From Setoptus koraiensis (lineage: Eukaryota > Animalia > Arthropoda), in assembly GCA_048013815.1 (NCBI GenBank), contig CM106586.1, positions 12,338,001 to 12,402,000 on the forward strand: a stretch of 64,000 nucleotides of DNA, given 5' to 3'. Both the position numbers and the translations under genes were made by a program. The notes under the pieces were generated by a model. It was not told the DNA's origin, did not search any database, and saw only the letters and a list, made by a program, of their open reading frames with translations. Each line of letters starts with the position of its first letter. The stretch's first letter is position 1. This document shows positions 50,655-63,959 of the stretch, in pieces.

Positions 50655-51511
50655 TGCGAAGTATCTCGCAAACATGACTTGGAATCAGTTGATATTTCTA
50701 ACAACTTAATCGCAATGTAAACACATATTATATATGAGAAATGGCACCAACTAATAGACTATGCCCTAATTTCGATTGTTTATCTATGTGTACTTATCTC
50801 GCAGCGCGTCGTAGTTAATCATACGTTCATTCTCGTCGTTCGTCATTTGAACACGGGTAGCTAAGTAATGATGGGCCAATAGAAAGGTCAAACTTATTTG
50901 ATCGAAAACAACAAAGTGAGTCGAAGAATATGATATTTTTCACTTCTGTGTATCTTTGCCTGCCGAGATACTTGAGTCTTATCATAAATCGGTGGATAGA
51001 AAATTTCATGCCACCAATCATCGGTAACTATGCGGCTAAAGAGTTACCGTCTCGTTGCTGGATCCAATTGATGGAGAAAATTGAGAGACAAGAATCACTG
51101 TACGTGTGAATAATCATTGAAATGAAATGAATGTGAAAAATCTGGGCACGAGCTGCGAATCAAAATCCGAGCCGGTGCTAGAGAATGCTAGAACTCACGA
51201 AGAACGATTGCGTATCATCGAATTGTCTTGTTTATGGTCGTTGTTGGTCAAGTTAGAACAAAAAAAATCATAGATGGGCAAAATGATGTTGTCTATCGAA
51301 CTATTGCTTTATTCGTACTATTGCTGCTGTTGCTGAAAGTTGAAGCGAATCGGAGATTCGCTTCAACTCATAGAAGAAACACAAACGTAACAGGATCATA
51401 ATGGGATCCTATAATTATATGAATCTGAACAGCAGCATCGATGCAGGCATTGTGATCTACACACTGTCCATCATATAATATCTGCATCATATCGGCAACA
51501 AGAATTAATTA

Positions 51512-52663
51512 TCACCGATCATTTTTCCTTAGATGGCGTTTCTCAAAATCTTCAATCCAATCTTTCAATAAACGCACTCTTGTGTATCTGGTTGCCTTAA
51601 TAGGACCCAGAGAACCTCCGATTATGATACCTTCGACTTCCCACTTACTCTTGTAGGTCGGACCATGCCTGAGATATAAGGCTGGTCCACCCGAATCACC
51701 CCAACTCGCTCCGATATAATCCGTGGTACCAATCGGATTAGAAGTACAAAAATCTTTAGAGTGATCATAAATCGGGAGTGCTTTGCCGCATGTTTCCTCA
51801 TCGGATATTGTTGCAACAGCAGCTCTCAATACTGTTCCTGGAACTAATGACCCGTTAGTTTGGTCCTTGAATCTTCCCCATCCAGCTATAGTTAAGTCTG
51901 TGCCCGGTTTTAAATGGCCAGAATTGTCATCAACTCTTTCTGATCCTGGCAAGCAAGCAGGTCTAACATAATCTGTCCATTCAAATGGGCGGTCGAGCTT
52001 AATCAAGGCAGCATCAATGAATTCGTTTTCTCGTTCCCTGTATAACTCAATATATTCATCCGCTCTCACTTGCTGCTTTCCAGGAAAAGTTGCATCAGGA
52101 TCACATACGCCAGCTTTGATTATCAGGCGCCCCTTGTCTTTTCTTTTTAGAGTGGTGAAACACTGGTCAGCCGACAGAATAATTTGCTTGTGTATAATTG
52201 TGCCGCCACATCGAAATGACTCATCATCTTTACTTTCGATTGACACTATCCACGGAATGTCCCCTTCAGACATCACCTCACCTCCTACAATTCTTGGTTT
52301 GATTTGAGCGGCGGTCGTCTTATTCGGCAACCATCTATTGGCACCAGAGTTAGGATTGATGCCACACTTTACATCATTAAGGGAGGGTTTCCCGGCTCTC
52401 GGTTTATGCACAATCGGGTTTGCACGTCCCTTCGTCCGCCTCGAATAAGATTCCTTTTCACTTGCCCCAGTAGCAAAATGTGATTTAATGTTCCTTTTCG
52501 CGTGGGACACTTCATAATCATGGCCAGATTGCGAACTGTCCGTTTGCCTCCGCTGTCCCAAAGCACTCACTTCCAACTTTTCATCTGGCACCATTGCCAA
52601 CATCGTCGCTAAAACACATATTGCAGCATAAAAAAGTGTTTGAACTTGTTTGGAAGCCATCAT
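51512..52663 (-). CDS. Trypsin-fold serine protease homologue, catalytic His replaced by Gln (383 aa)
   Basis: Paralogue of 46509..47669 (offset 4994). R|IVGG, DAALIKL and GDSGGP are retained, but SADQC replaces SADHC (CAT to CAG). Confidence 0.9.
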   Translation of the reverse strand: MMASKQVQTLFYAAICVLATMLAMVPDEKLEVSALGQRRQTDSSQSGHDYEVSHAKRNIKSHFATGASEKESYSRRTKGRANPIVHKPRAGKPSLNDVKCGINPNSGANRWLPNKTTAAQIKPRIVGGEVMSEGDIPWIVSIESKDDESFRCGGTIIHKQIILSADQCFTTLKRKDKGRLIIKAGVCDPDATFPGKQQVRADEYIELYRERENEFIDAALIKLDRPFEWTDYVRPACLPGSERVDDNSGHLKPGTDLTIAGWGRFKDQTNGSLVPGTVLRAAVATISDEETCGKALPIYDHSKDFCTSNPIGTTDYIGASWGDSGGPALYLRHGPTYKSKWEVEGIIIGGSLGPIKATRYTRVRLLKDWIEDFEKRHLRKNDR

Positions 52664-53189
52664 TTAGATTTCTCAAGCTTTCTTCCCCTCAAGACAGCCT
52701 GTTTCGCCGATATATACATATGCAAATAGTTAGAAAATATCAATCGACTTGATCGTTATTCTTGATACGATAAATAACTAGAATGGTTTCTTTATAGTCG
52801 CGCAAGCATGTCGACACAAATGTTAGATAGCATACAGAGATCGCATGTTTGTGGATTCATTGATGAAAGATCAATTTTCGCAAAATAGGCAAGACTGTCT
52901 CTAAAGATGATATCAAATATCACGTTAGTAGTTTAATCTGTAGGAATATCTGCTGAAAAATCCTCTGACAGCCTCTGTCAGTCTTACTCTCTGTTTGTCT
53001 ATTCAGTGCAAGTACGGAGTCGATCGTACTGACAGGGTGGTTGTTTACTCGCAGTGCAGAATGGTATTTTGTATCTGTCCGATTTGATCATTTTTCTTTG
53101 GTCTCTCTACTTGATGATTCTTCTTTCATTAATCTGTTCTAGAATTTCGAACAATTATTTAACATGTGGATGTGGCATCTCGCATTTGG

Positions 53190-53687
53190 TCATCGATCAT
53201 CCTGACCGATAAAGAAACATTTCATAAATCGACGCGTTAGTTTTGCAGGTACGCCGGTCCATGTACAGTTGTTATTCCGTACGTTATTCCTATATTTCTC
53301 CAAATATAATCAGTTCCTGAGGCACGCATCCAAGATTTGCCAATGAGCAATGACGGTCGCTAGAATTTACACTGATTGGCACGGCGATGGCCCCGCCACA
53401 AGAACCGTGTTCCATCGGGCAACGTTCGGTCCATCTGTAATGAGCTCTATCGCCAATACAACAATATCAAAATACCTGTCCTTCAAAACTACTTTAGATT
53501 CTCTAGATTCCCTGTAATCATGCGAAAAGATGGCTCCGAAATAAGGTGAAGAGGCAGCTAGAACTGATTCGTGGACCGGTATTGTTCGACCATCGACGAT
53601 CACTCCGAAATCGTATGTGTTCTCATCTCGGCTCTCTGGGATGGTAATGCAAGGTTTTTTCCAATTGCATAGAATATCGTTGTCCAT
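53190..53687 (-). pseudogene. BTB/POZ (kelch/BTB-BACK-like) domain relic
   Basis: DFGVIVDGRTIPVHESVLAASSPYFGAIFSHDYRESRESKVVLKD is a classic BTB motif. The same frame continues through stops (V*ILAT...ILDACLRN*L...NNC), loosely following the end of BTB and start of BACK. Confidence 0.7.
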
Positions 53688-53931
53688 TGTTTGAGGTGAC
53701 CAAATGAAATGATGAAAGAGGCCCAGATTGGTAGAGTTTCGTTGGAAGGATCACAGAGTATCCTGACAGAATATTCCATCTGTTGCTGGGATCGATTGGT
53801 GCAAGTTTCGAAAATGCCTATCCCCATCAATCCATGTCTACTCTTATCATTCGATCGACCAGCCATCAGGAGGACAGAAACGTGTTGATCGATAAGAACC
53901 AATCGTACCAATTTGGCCGCTTATTTTTGTT

Positions 53932-54125
53932 GAACTACCGAAGTCACTTTGCGCAAACGTTGCCCATCGACAATTATGTCTTTTTCGATTTGTAATACGT
54001 TTGCAAGAATGTCCACATCTTTCTTGTATCTTCTCGATGATTTTTTAGCGTTTTTCGTCAAGTCGGTCAAAGTAAGATTGATTTGCTTCAAATAGTCCTG
54101 CAGGGATGCAAATAGCTCTTTTGGT
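53932..54125 (-). pseudogene. Internal TTC5 fragment
   Basis: Matches 48884-49077, then jumps to sequence matching 49986 onward (about 0.9 kb including the start exon deleted). Confidence 0.88.
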
Positions 54126-54181
54126 GGACATAATAAGCTTAATGTTAGTTTTCGATGGTAGTATCAAAACATTTGATAGTC

Positions 54182-55604
54182 GAATACAGCAATATGGCGA
54201 GTGTTCGGCGTTATTTCGAAGCTTCATTCGACTACGTCTATCGTGACACGGGCAAGAGCCCTTCACATCAGACCAATCAATCAGTGGTGGGTATCGAATC
54301 TGACAGCAACAAAAAGATCCATGTTATTCTTTTGTTGACAATAGACCATCAATAGTAATCCGTGAACAGTTTGGCAAGTAATGTTGTAATAATAATAATA
54401 ATAACGATAATGATAATTATAATGAATTTAATAGAAAGCAAACACACAGAAGCGATACGGGAATTCTCAGTTATTTGCTCTTTCGCATCATATGGTACTG
54501 TGTGTGATTGTTGGGTATCTCAACTACCCACGCGCAAAATTCTCATTTTGAACTGAATCATGTGATTTCTGCTTGGTCACAAATGCAACGACTGGTAATG
54601 ATGCTGTAACAATATTTGCAATTTATCTGTGATTTTTAATTAGCAAATTCCATTTATCACTGTAGAATCACTCATTAAACATTAACATAGGACTTATAAC
54701 ATCTTCAAGTAATCTAGGCAACACTACTTCTTAATTGCAGGATAACAAGATATACAATGGGACCAAAAGCAATCTTACTTAGCTATTTCCTAGTGTCTGT
54801 GTGCGTTTTACCTTTGGCTAAAGTAAGTTCCACCATAATTGTTATGACAAATCAAAAACAAAAATTAACCTAACATGTCAACCAGTAAAGCTAATAATCA
54901 CTCTTGTCATATCAAAACGAAGTGTGCCACGGAGCTCGTGACTCATGAAGTTACTTTTGATATCTCTATTGATAATGTACCCGCGGGCACAATAAGAATG
55001 GGACTGTTTGGAAACAAAGCCCCACGAACAGTGGAAAATTTTGTTGCGTTCGCCGGTCAAGGTGTTCAAGGTAGACGGTATGAAGGATCAATATTCCACC
55101 GTGTTATAAAGGATTTCATGATTCAGGGTGGCGATGTAATTAACGGCGATGGTACGGGATCGATATCGAAATTTGGAACTCAATTTAAAGACGAACTGCC
55201 GTCCTATCGCCATTCCGTGCCAGGCCTCCTATCGATGGCCAATTCCGGACCAGACACAAACGGGTCACAATTTTTCATCACCACCGTTTTGACGCCATGG
55301 TTGAACAATAAGCATGTGGTATTCGGTAAAGTGTTGGACAATCAGAGTATGCAAACTGTGAAAAAGATAGAAAATGCTCAAGTTGACGAATCTAGCCGAC
55401 CACTGTCAGTTGTCGCCATATCTAAATCTAGCGTGCGTCAATTGTCGTCCAATGAGCAAACGCGAGTTGACATTGGTGCCCAATAATGAGGGGTATCTCG
55501 CAATCATGACTTGAAATCAGTTGATATTTCTAACAACTTAATCGCATTATAAACACATATTATATATGAGCAAGACATGACTCTAACCTAATGAACTATG
55601 CCCT
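54182..55604. repeat. Segmental duplication copy (block X + cyclophilin + 3' flank)
   Basis: Near-identical to 44739-46160; similarity ends abruptly after CTATGCCCT at 55604. Confidence 0.93.
54757..55486 (+). CDS. PPIB: Secreted cyclophilin B-like PPIase, second intact copy; join(54757..54822,54923..55486)
   Basis: Same structure as 45313..46042; only one coding aa change seen in the inferred mature protein (H to R near the C-terminus). Confidence 0.9.
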
Positions 55605-58600
55605 GGGGGAGCACAAAGCTGTGGCAAAATAAATTATATCATTATGTCACAATCCAAATTGAAACAGTAAATGGTGGGACAAATGCAATTACTAACAACA
55701 AATTAAGATAACTTGAAAGATTACAACAATCACTGGGAAGCCTCAGCATAGAAATAATAAAGGCTAAACGCTAGGTGCAGGGATACTCTAACAGTTATTT
55801 ACACACTTGAACTTGATTGTCTCAATTATAAAAGAACGTTCTCTGTAGGATCTCACCGCGGTGACGTTACTTTAATGCCATTGGCTTTACCATTCTACAG
55901 AAATTATTGACAGTCGGCTCGAATCGGAACCTCGGTGATCCTCGATTGCTAATCACAACAGACAGCCTGGAGCAGTGTGACAAAACTACGAGTGTATTTA
56001 CTTCATGGATTGACTTTCTCTTGAGAACATTTGAGCTTAAATGCTAACAATTAATTGGATGGATTGAGAGTGGATTTTCATGTCGTAGCTATGTCTTTGT
56101 GTCTTTGCCCATCAATGACATAATCTAGTATACATACAAACAAACGGTTGTGTCGTTGTTGTTGTTTTTTCTTGTGTTTGTTTGTTTTTCATTTGTATCA
56201 ATCAGAGTGTCTCTCTCTATCGTAGACTGTGTCATAATGTCAGCAGATAAAAAAGTGAACGCTTGCCGTTGTTGCCAGCAAGCTATGCGCCATCGAGACG
56301 ACTCTAACGTTAACAAAAATAAGTAGCATCTAATTGCATATGAATAGATAGAAATAATATAGTGGATAATACAAACTGTATGTATGTATGCATAGATGCA
56401 GCCATGATGACTTGCAATGAATTACAGTCGAGTGGCAATGGGGCAAAGTGGCCTTAAATAGAAGCTTTGTGATTAAATTAAGATAGATCTGTTGGGATTT
56501 GTATGCCGAGAGGGTTTTGCTTGAGTGTGTCGATGATGCAAACTCTCTTGTCTCTAATATCGTTGGCTCGAATCAATTATTCGCTTCCTTCGACACGAGG
56601 ATGGATGTTCAAGTGGCCATGCAAACATTATATAGTGAGTAGTCATTTCTATTCATCATCATCAAGCAACCTATCAGATATTTGAGAGAGTGTGCGTTTT
56701 TCTTCCATTGGGAATATTCTTCTTTCGGAATCGCGTCCAAAGATTGCCGCGCTCACCCACGTATCATGTGTGTGTGTGTGTGTGTGTGTGTGGTATATGC
56801 CAATAATGGATTTGTAGAAGTTGAAGTGTAACGTTGATGATTCCCCCAGAAGGATGGCTTGGAATTAAATTGAACGGAAGATTAGGCAAGCTGCTCTGAC
56901 TTGCTGTTATGTAACTGTGTGTTATAACGGTTGTCATGGCGGTCTTATATCCCGGACACGCATTATCTTTGATATAAGAGAGAACAGAAATACACAGAAA
57001 AGGTCTATTAGAGAGCAAAAGACCGAGCAAGAGTTAATCTTAATTCTTAATTTGGAACCACCACCGCCACCACTTCTTGTCACTGCTGTACACAGCTCCT
57101 CCGGCTGCTTGTATTTATTCACTGCCGGCCTATTAATTATTCGCTTTCACATGAAGCGCTCCGTCTAATGTCCTTTGGGTGTGGCGTTTATGAGGCCCAA
57201 AGCACCCAACAAAACAGTTTGCTGGGGCCCCAGCTTAAACGAATGCCTGCTGTGCTCGCCGGCCCCATCTTTATCTATGCTCGTCTATTTGTGTGCCCAG
57301 AGTCAATTCTTTGGTTGGTTTGGCGTTTTTTTTTGAACTTTTTATCTATGGTCTGGACCAGCTTTATTCATCTTGAAGCCGTCTTGGCGCCTCGCCTCGC
57401 CCCGGATTGGCCCCCGTTGCACAAACTGGGCCACACAAACTATTCTTTATGCTTAAAATAAAACAGTTAGCTGTGTAGTGGCACTTGCCCATGGTTGTGA
57501 CTCGGTGGTGCATTTCATTAAACAATTGGTTGTTCGAGCCCCAGTGCAGCAGCGAGCGAGATTCGCTGTGATTTTCAAATGGTGCAGCAGCAGCATCATG
57601 TGAAAATTGTTGGAAACACAATCAAAAAAGAAAAAAATTCTTTCACTCAACCCATCCAGCCAATCCGTCTATCCATCGTCTGGCTGTGTGAGTGTGTATG
57701 GCTTGTTATCTCATTTAGCCACCCACATGAACGCCTGATAGAAGGCGTATAGCCGGCGAAATGGCTCAGCTTCACCTAGGCCCGGCAGTTCGCGATGCGG
57801 TGTGAGTGTGTGTGTGTGTGTGTGTGTCTGGGGCTCCTGGTGCAGGGCGCCCATTGTAAAATAACACACACAAAACAAACAACATCCAGTGGTGCTGACA
57901 TGGCGAAGATGGGCTGCAAACGATTAAATTGGCTGCCTTTTTCTTGGTTACCGTTGGCTGCTGATCTACTGCAGATATATCTAACCACTGCTCTCAACTA
58001 CTTGTGATATACGAGAGCCACGATGACAGGAATATAACAAAAAGAGCTGGCAAACAATTAATGAAGGCTTTGTTTTTTGCCTGCTTTTTGTTTTCCTTCA
58101 TTCTACAACTTCCATGGGGATAATCTCAATTGAATCTGCAATTGTTCAACCAAACTATGGGGCATATCGTAAGTTGGCCCGACTCGACAAAACACTATTA
58201 GCTGAAAGATTTTGTGTTGGAGCGTCGTAATATTCTCATTCTCTCTAAACGGGTTACATACCGGGTATAGTTAAATGATCAGACAGATTACCGGCGTCGC
58301 GCGCTCGCGTGTGCGTATGTAGTATGTGTCTTAAATAACAATAATAGCCCGGGTCCCCAAAAAGTAAACGTTCTCTAATGCATCGTTTGTCTGACAAACA
58401 CACACACACACGCAAGAGGTGCCTACATTACACTTGAATGGATTTCTTTGGTATTGGCGAATTGATTTCTTGGGATTACCTGTAAGAGCTGGCCCCGTTT
58501 TGTCTGGTTAGGTGTTTTTTCTTTCGCCTGCCACAACAACAATTGCCTTTTGAAAAGTGGTTGCAGTGAGGCAGTTAGTGCAAATTTATTCAATGTCTAT

Positions 58601-61600
58601 CTACACTGTAGTTGATGCTGCCCGAATACCGCAACAACAGCCGCCCTATAAAACTGCACATTCAAATAAACATGTATTTGGATATCGTTCAATGTAGATT
58701 ATTCCTATAATATACAAATGAACTATTGGCCAATGCCAACAGTAGTAGTAGTTGCACGTAGTAAATCACTTCCGGCGAACACATACAATTGCATGAATGC
58801 CAAATAGGCAATGAAATTGCTTTTGGCATTAACTCGATAGGACAGTAGAATGAATGGGTGGCGCACTCAACTCTTGACGTGCCTCTTGAATCTAATATAA
58901 TGGTTTACAAATGAGACAGCTCAGTGGTTGGCCAGATAGTCAGGTGAAAGATGAGAGCGCGTAGACAAAATTGAAGCGATTGCAAGACATTCGAAAATTG
59001 CATTTATACAAGAGAAATTCTTTTGCTCAAAAAGAAAATTTGAATTTTCATTGGTCGTTGGCGTTTCTAACACACAAACACTTTCAACTGGCCCGGTTAC
59101 AGTGACTTGTTATTATGTGTGCTATATTGACAATAATATTCACTCCCGCGAACTCACCTGGCCCATCACTGTTGTTGACGGTGCGCGCAACGTTGTCCGT
59201 TGGGCCCAAGTCGGTTTGTCAGAAAGACAAACCGACACCATACAGAGACCCTGTAGAGATACAGGGCTATACGCGAAGGAATAGCTAGAATTAAGTCGGA
59301 GTCGCTGTTGTTGTTTTTGTCTTGCAGCCAGTGATGCCGCCGTTGCTGCTGCTGTTACTCAAATGTTGTGTTTGTATTCGTTTTATGACATCCTACAATG
59401 TGACTGTTGACAGCAGCGACAGCAACAGCATCAACAACGAGTACAACGATAGCAGCGACAACGACAACGACAACAACGACAACAACGACAACAACAAAGA
59501 AGAAGCAAAGAGGAAATGTAAAAATAAGAGGAAGGGGACCAATCCAGTGTGCCTTGGACACTGCCGAGGACTGGATGTCCTTTTGACTGCATGGAGCCCT
59601 TTTGCCCGAACAACATGAACAAGACACAGAGAGGAGAACAATAATCATGCACCAAAGTCAGTTGTCTCTTGTAAGAAGGTATCCAGAGACAAATAACTAC
59701 CGGAAATGGACTCAACTGTGTGTGCTGAACAAGATAAAAGTAACTCCAACTTCAAGGGTGCCCACTTTTCGGACCCGCTTTTAAAGTTGGCCGGCCCATC
59801 AGGGCTAGACAGCACTTGAGCACGTGTTGTCGCCACTGTCTGAAGTTGGTAGCATTTTATCAAGAATGACATGGTAAACAATGTGAAAAAATAGCCATGT
59901 ACATTTGTACAGAAACCACGCAATGCCATTTCCATGGGGCTTATCATTGGTTTAACGCTTGGTCGTGATTCATACAAGCACGTGTGTCCAGATAGCGAGA
60001 TCGACAGAAAAAAAAATCCACACAGAGGCTTCGAGGGGCGACTAGACAGGATTAGTTAGCAACAAATGGGCGACAAATTGATGGATAGCTGCAACCGTGC
60101 GTGCGTGTTAAAATTTCTAACTTGAAAAAGTTTCGATGGACAAGATTTGTTGGGATTCCCAACGAATCGCCAACAGAGCTCAAGTCATACGAAACCTTTG
60201 GCACCTGTTCTACCAGCGAGCACCGCTCCAATTGTGCGTTTTCGGAAAAATCCACGCAACATGCTGTGGAAACGGGCTCCTTCTATGAGCTTGCCAAATC
60301 GCTTGATTTTCCGTTCAAAGCCAGAACTGCTCGGCTCAATTCGTTTTCGTACAAGACGAACGACTCGTTTGTCTCAAACGATAAGAAGGTACGAAATTTC
60401 CGGAGAAAATGAGCGCCCGCGCGCGATAACTAAATCACACTGATGTATGCTGCTCATGCCGTCTGACAATTTATGCAACTATCTGTATGAGAAGAGCTAA
60501 AAAAAGAGCGAAAGCGAAAAATTTTCATTTGTTTTCGTTGTATCGTCGCCGGTTGATGCGAATTGATGGATTGAAAATTTTCAGTGAGTTTTTTTTTTGC
60601 TTTCATTTCAACAGTGCGCTCTATTAATAATCTCTAATATTTTATTCGTCTGGGCACGCTGCATTCATTATGTTGTCGGGCCTAAAAATTATTATTTTCA
60701 GTTATAATAAATCATCACGCGGATAGTAATTGGTGCCGACACACACACTGACAGTGCGCGCAAACAATGAAATGCCCATTCATCATTGTCTTGTTAGTCT
60801 TAAGCGAAGTAATTATAATATAATTATTATTATCATCGCCGAGGCATTTTTAGCGCATGTGTGTGCGAGTGAGAGTGCGTTTGCGGGGGTGGCTCGTGCG
60901 AAAGCAGTTACGGGCATGATAGTTATTATTAGTCGATGGCGTGATTGATTCAATGGATAATATGATAATAATATATACAATGAAGAGTAGATCGACAATT
61001 ACTCGCGTAGAACAGCGAATGGTTAACAGCGATACGGGAGCGGAACGCGATGATACATTACCTGTTATGCGCGAAAAATTTTTCGGCTCGTGCATTATTC
61101 AACATCTTATCAGTATCATGATTACCGCGATTGCTCGTTTTCAGCCAGCGCCACCGTGTGCCAGACACCGGTGATTGCCACCACGACGCCATGATGCCAG
61201 TTAGCTGTTTGTCGTCACAATTTGCCAATGAACGACAAACTGAATAGTCGTGGGCGGACTCAATATGCAAAACAACATGTAGTGGCGACAAACAATTCCT
61301 AGTTAGCAAGACAACGATACCGAAATTGGTGGCGGCCAATTGGCGCCACCGCAGCGTTCAGTGATCGATGGCGAAATCGTGGCAATGTCTCATCACATTC
61401 CATGCTCATTGGGGCGCTCTCGACAATGGCCCTTTCGCTCAATAAGACACAAAAAATCAATCACTGATCGCGAATATCTCGGCATGCGGCTTCAGCCGAA
61501 CTCGCCCGTCCATCTATCGGCGGATGAATTATTGCCGATGGTGTTCCGAAATACATACGACATCGCGTGCTCCATCTGTGCCGATTCAGTGCAACGTGAG

Positions 61601-63916
61601 ACGCTCTTGTGTCAATTACTTCAACTAATTTCAGCCGGAATTAGTTTCGCGTTGGCCATTTTATTTGCTTTTTGTTTTTTTGCTGTTTTGTTTCTTTGTT
61701 TTGGCCTGTTTTAGTTATTTAATGGCGGCTCGTGCGAGCGGTCAATTTTATTTTCGAGCCGCAGCCCAATAAACGGAGTCGTTGTCACAGTGCCAATTGT
61801 GTAGCGGAGAGTGTGGGACGAGTTTCAAATTAAACGACAGCAACTCTTTTTGTTGGCAAATCACAAAGAGAAACGAATGGAGTCGCAGTTGCAGTTGCTG
61901 GTCTCATGTTCGGACACCAGGTTTGTCGTGGCGCCCCTCATAGTGTGAGTGTGTGTGTGCGCGGCATAAAAATGCCTCAAACAGTCTCATCTGGCGGCGA
62001 GCAGCTATAAAGTCGTCGTGCGCCTAGCGATTGCGCCCTTCGGTCGGTCTGGTTAGTAGTGCGTACCTAGCGACTTTCGCGCGCATTTTGCGCACCCATA
62101 AAGTGTGTGGGGCCGGTGCTGACGATATTGCACCGACTAGCGCGCTTGCGGCGGCCATAGTGTGCAACGGAGAGCGGGCTAAAAAGAGTGTGCCATTAAA
62201 CGCCAACTACATGCTGATGGCGGTCGCAAATGAGGAGAGGATTGAATTGCCACAGCAGCAGCAGCAGACGACGACATTTGTGTTAGTTGACACAACAACA
62301 ACAGCAACAACAGCAACAACAGCAACAACAGCATCAGCAAAAATAGCGACAACAGCAACAACAACAACGACAGCGAAACAGCGACGACAGCAACCTCAAC
62401 TTCTGGTAGTTGCAGAAATGTCTCGATTGTGACACGAGCTGAACTCAAGTGAAACGAGCGGGCCCAAGTTTGCGCCAACAAGTCAGAAGAAAGAAAAGAA
62501 GATCACAAAGAAGACACACACACACACACACACAGCCGAGCTGACATTGAACAGATAGAGTGAGCGAATTGTTGCCTCGGAGCGATAAACTAAACGGCAA
62601 CTTTATCAACTAAAACAAGCTAGCTTGCCCGATAGCTGGCCTGCCACGTGCTTGTCAGGCAGCGCGAGCTTTCAAGGGCTTTCAACGGCTTTCGCGAGCG
62701 CGAGCACAACAAAGCGAACGGGGCCAGCAGCCAGGCACCACCGGCGACAAACAACAACAGCGACAACAACGGCAACAACAACAGCGAAAACAACGGCAAC
62801 AACAACGGCGACAACAACAGCGACAACAACGGCAACAGCAGCTACAGCGACGAAATGAAATACAATGAGAATAAAGATTAAAAAAATAACAATAGTTGAC
62901 AAAGAACAAGTTGATGAAGAAATAGCGGCGCCACTCAAGTGGTGGAGGTCAAACAACACACAAGTAGCACAAGTTTAATTCAATTTAATAGCCATCGAAG
63001 GCATCAGAGAACAATTGCGGGTAACAAGAAACTTAACAAGAAGAAACAATCTAGCGCACAGTTACAATAGGTCGCAATTGGCCAATATAGCAACGGGCCG
63101 CTAACGGGCCAATATAGCAACAGTATGCCGTTGCGTCCATCTAGATAAACAAACAAGCGCCCACGACAAATAAACTCCTACACTCACATCTCGCTCGCCA
63201 CGGCCATCTCACACAGCCAGGCAGCCAGTCTAGCCGATCCTATTCGAGCCGATCCTGTTCGAACCGAGCCGAACCGAGCGAGAATCACTCAAGGAGAAGA
63301 ACATCGCTCCGGGAACATTGTTCTTGGAGCGACACAAAAACAACAACAGCAACACTAACGAACCGGCGAGCACCAACTAACGAAACTCTGACAGACAACT
63401 CTCACGACATGACACAGAAAAAGCGAGCCAGAGATCTCGTCATCTCATTATCGAAATACCCAATTGGCTCTGGTGCTGTACGGGCGCGGGCGCGACTTTT
63501 GTCAGTATTCAGGTGAATCGAGTATTCAGGCGAGCGAAGTGTTCAGCTGAATCGAGCATCCAGCTGAACCGAGCATTTAGTGAATCAATTTTTTAGGTGA
63601 ATGGAGTTTTTAGGTGAATGAAGTTTTTAGGTAGTGAATGAAGAGTCAACCGGAAGAAGCAAGAATTTCCGCAAGCAACCAATAGAAAAAACCGAAAGAA
63701 AACACACACACACACACAAACACAGAAACGAAAAAGTTGCTTTGCCAACAATTTTCGCCGACAGCAACAACAACAGCGGCAGACAACGAAATTCGCTGCG
63801 AAACTCGAGTCGGGTCCGCCGAGCAACGCGGTCAGCTCGGTCAATCAACAAGAACACTTTTTATTTGCAATTGCAGTGTTTGCCAAAATAGGCGCACACA
63901 CGTACACGCACACAAC

Positions 63917-63959
63917 ATGCATTACGTGCGGCTAGTTGTGCTGGGCGACGCGGGCGTCG
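63917..63959 (+). CDS. First coding exon of a Ras-superfamily small GTPase (partial)
   Basis: MHYVRLVVLGDAGVG followed by a G|GTGAGT donor: beta-1 strand plus the start of the P-loop GxxxxGK(S/T). Confidence 0.8.

Noticed and set aside
59322-60443. Protein-like, Cys-containing fragments in several frames
   Set aside because: Possibly a decayed gene or transposon, but no coherent motif could be recognised without a search.
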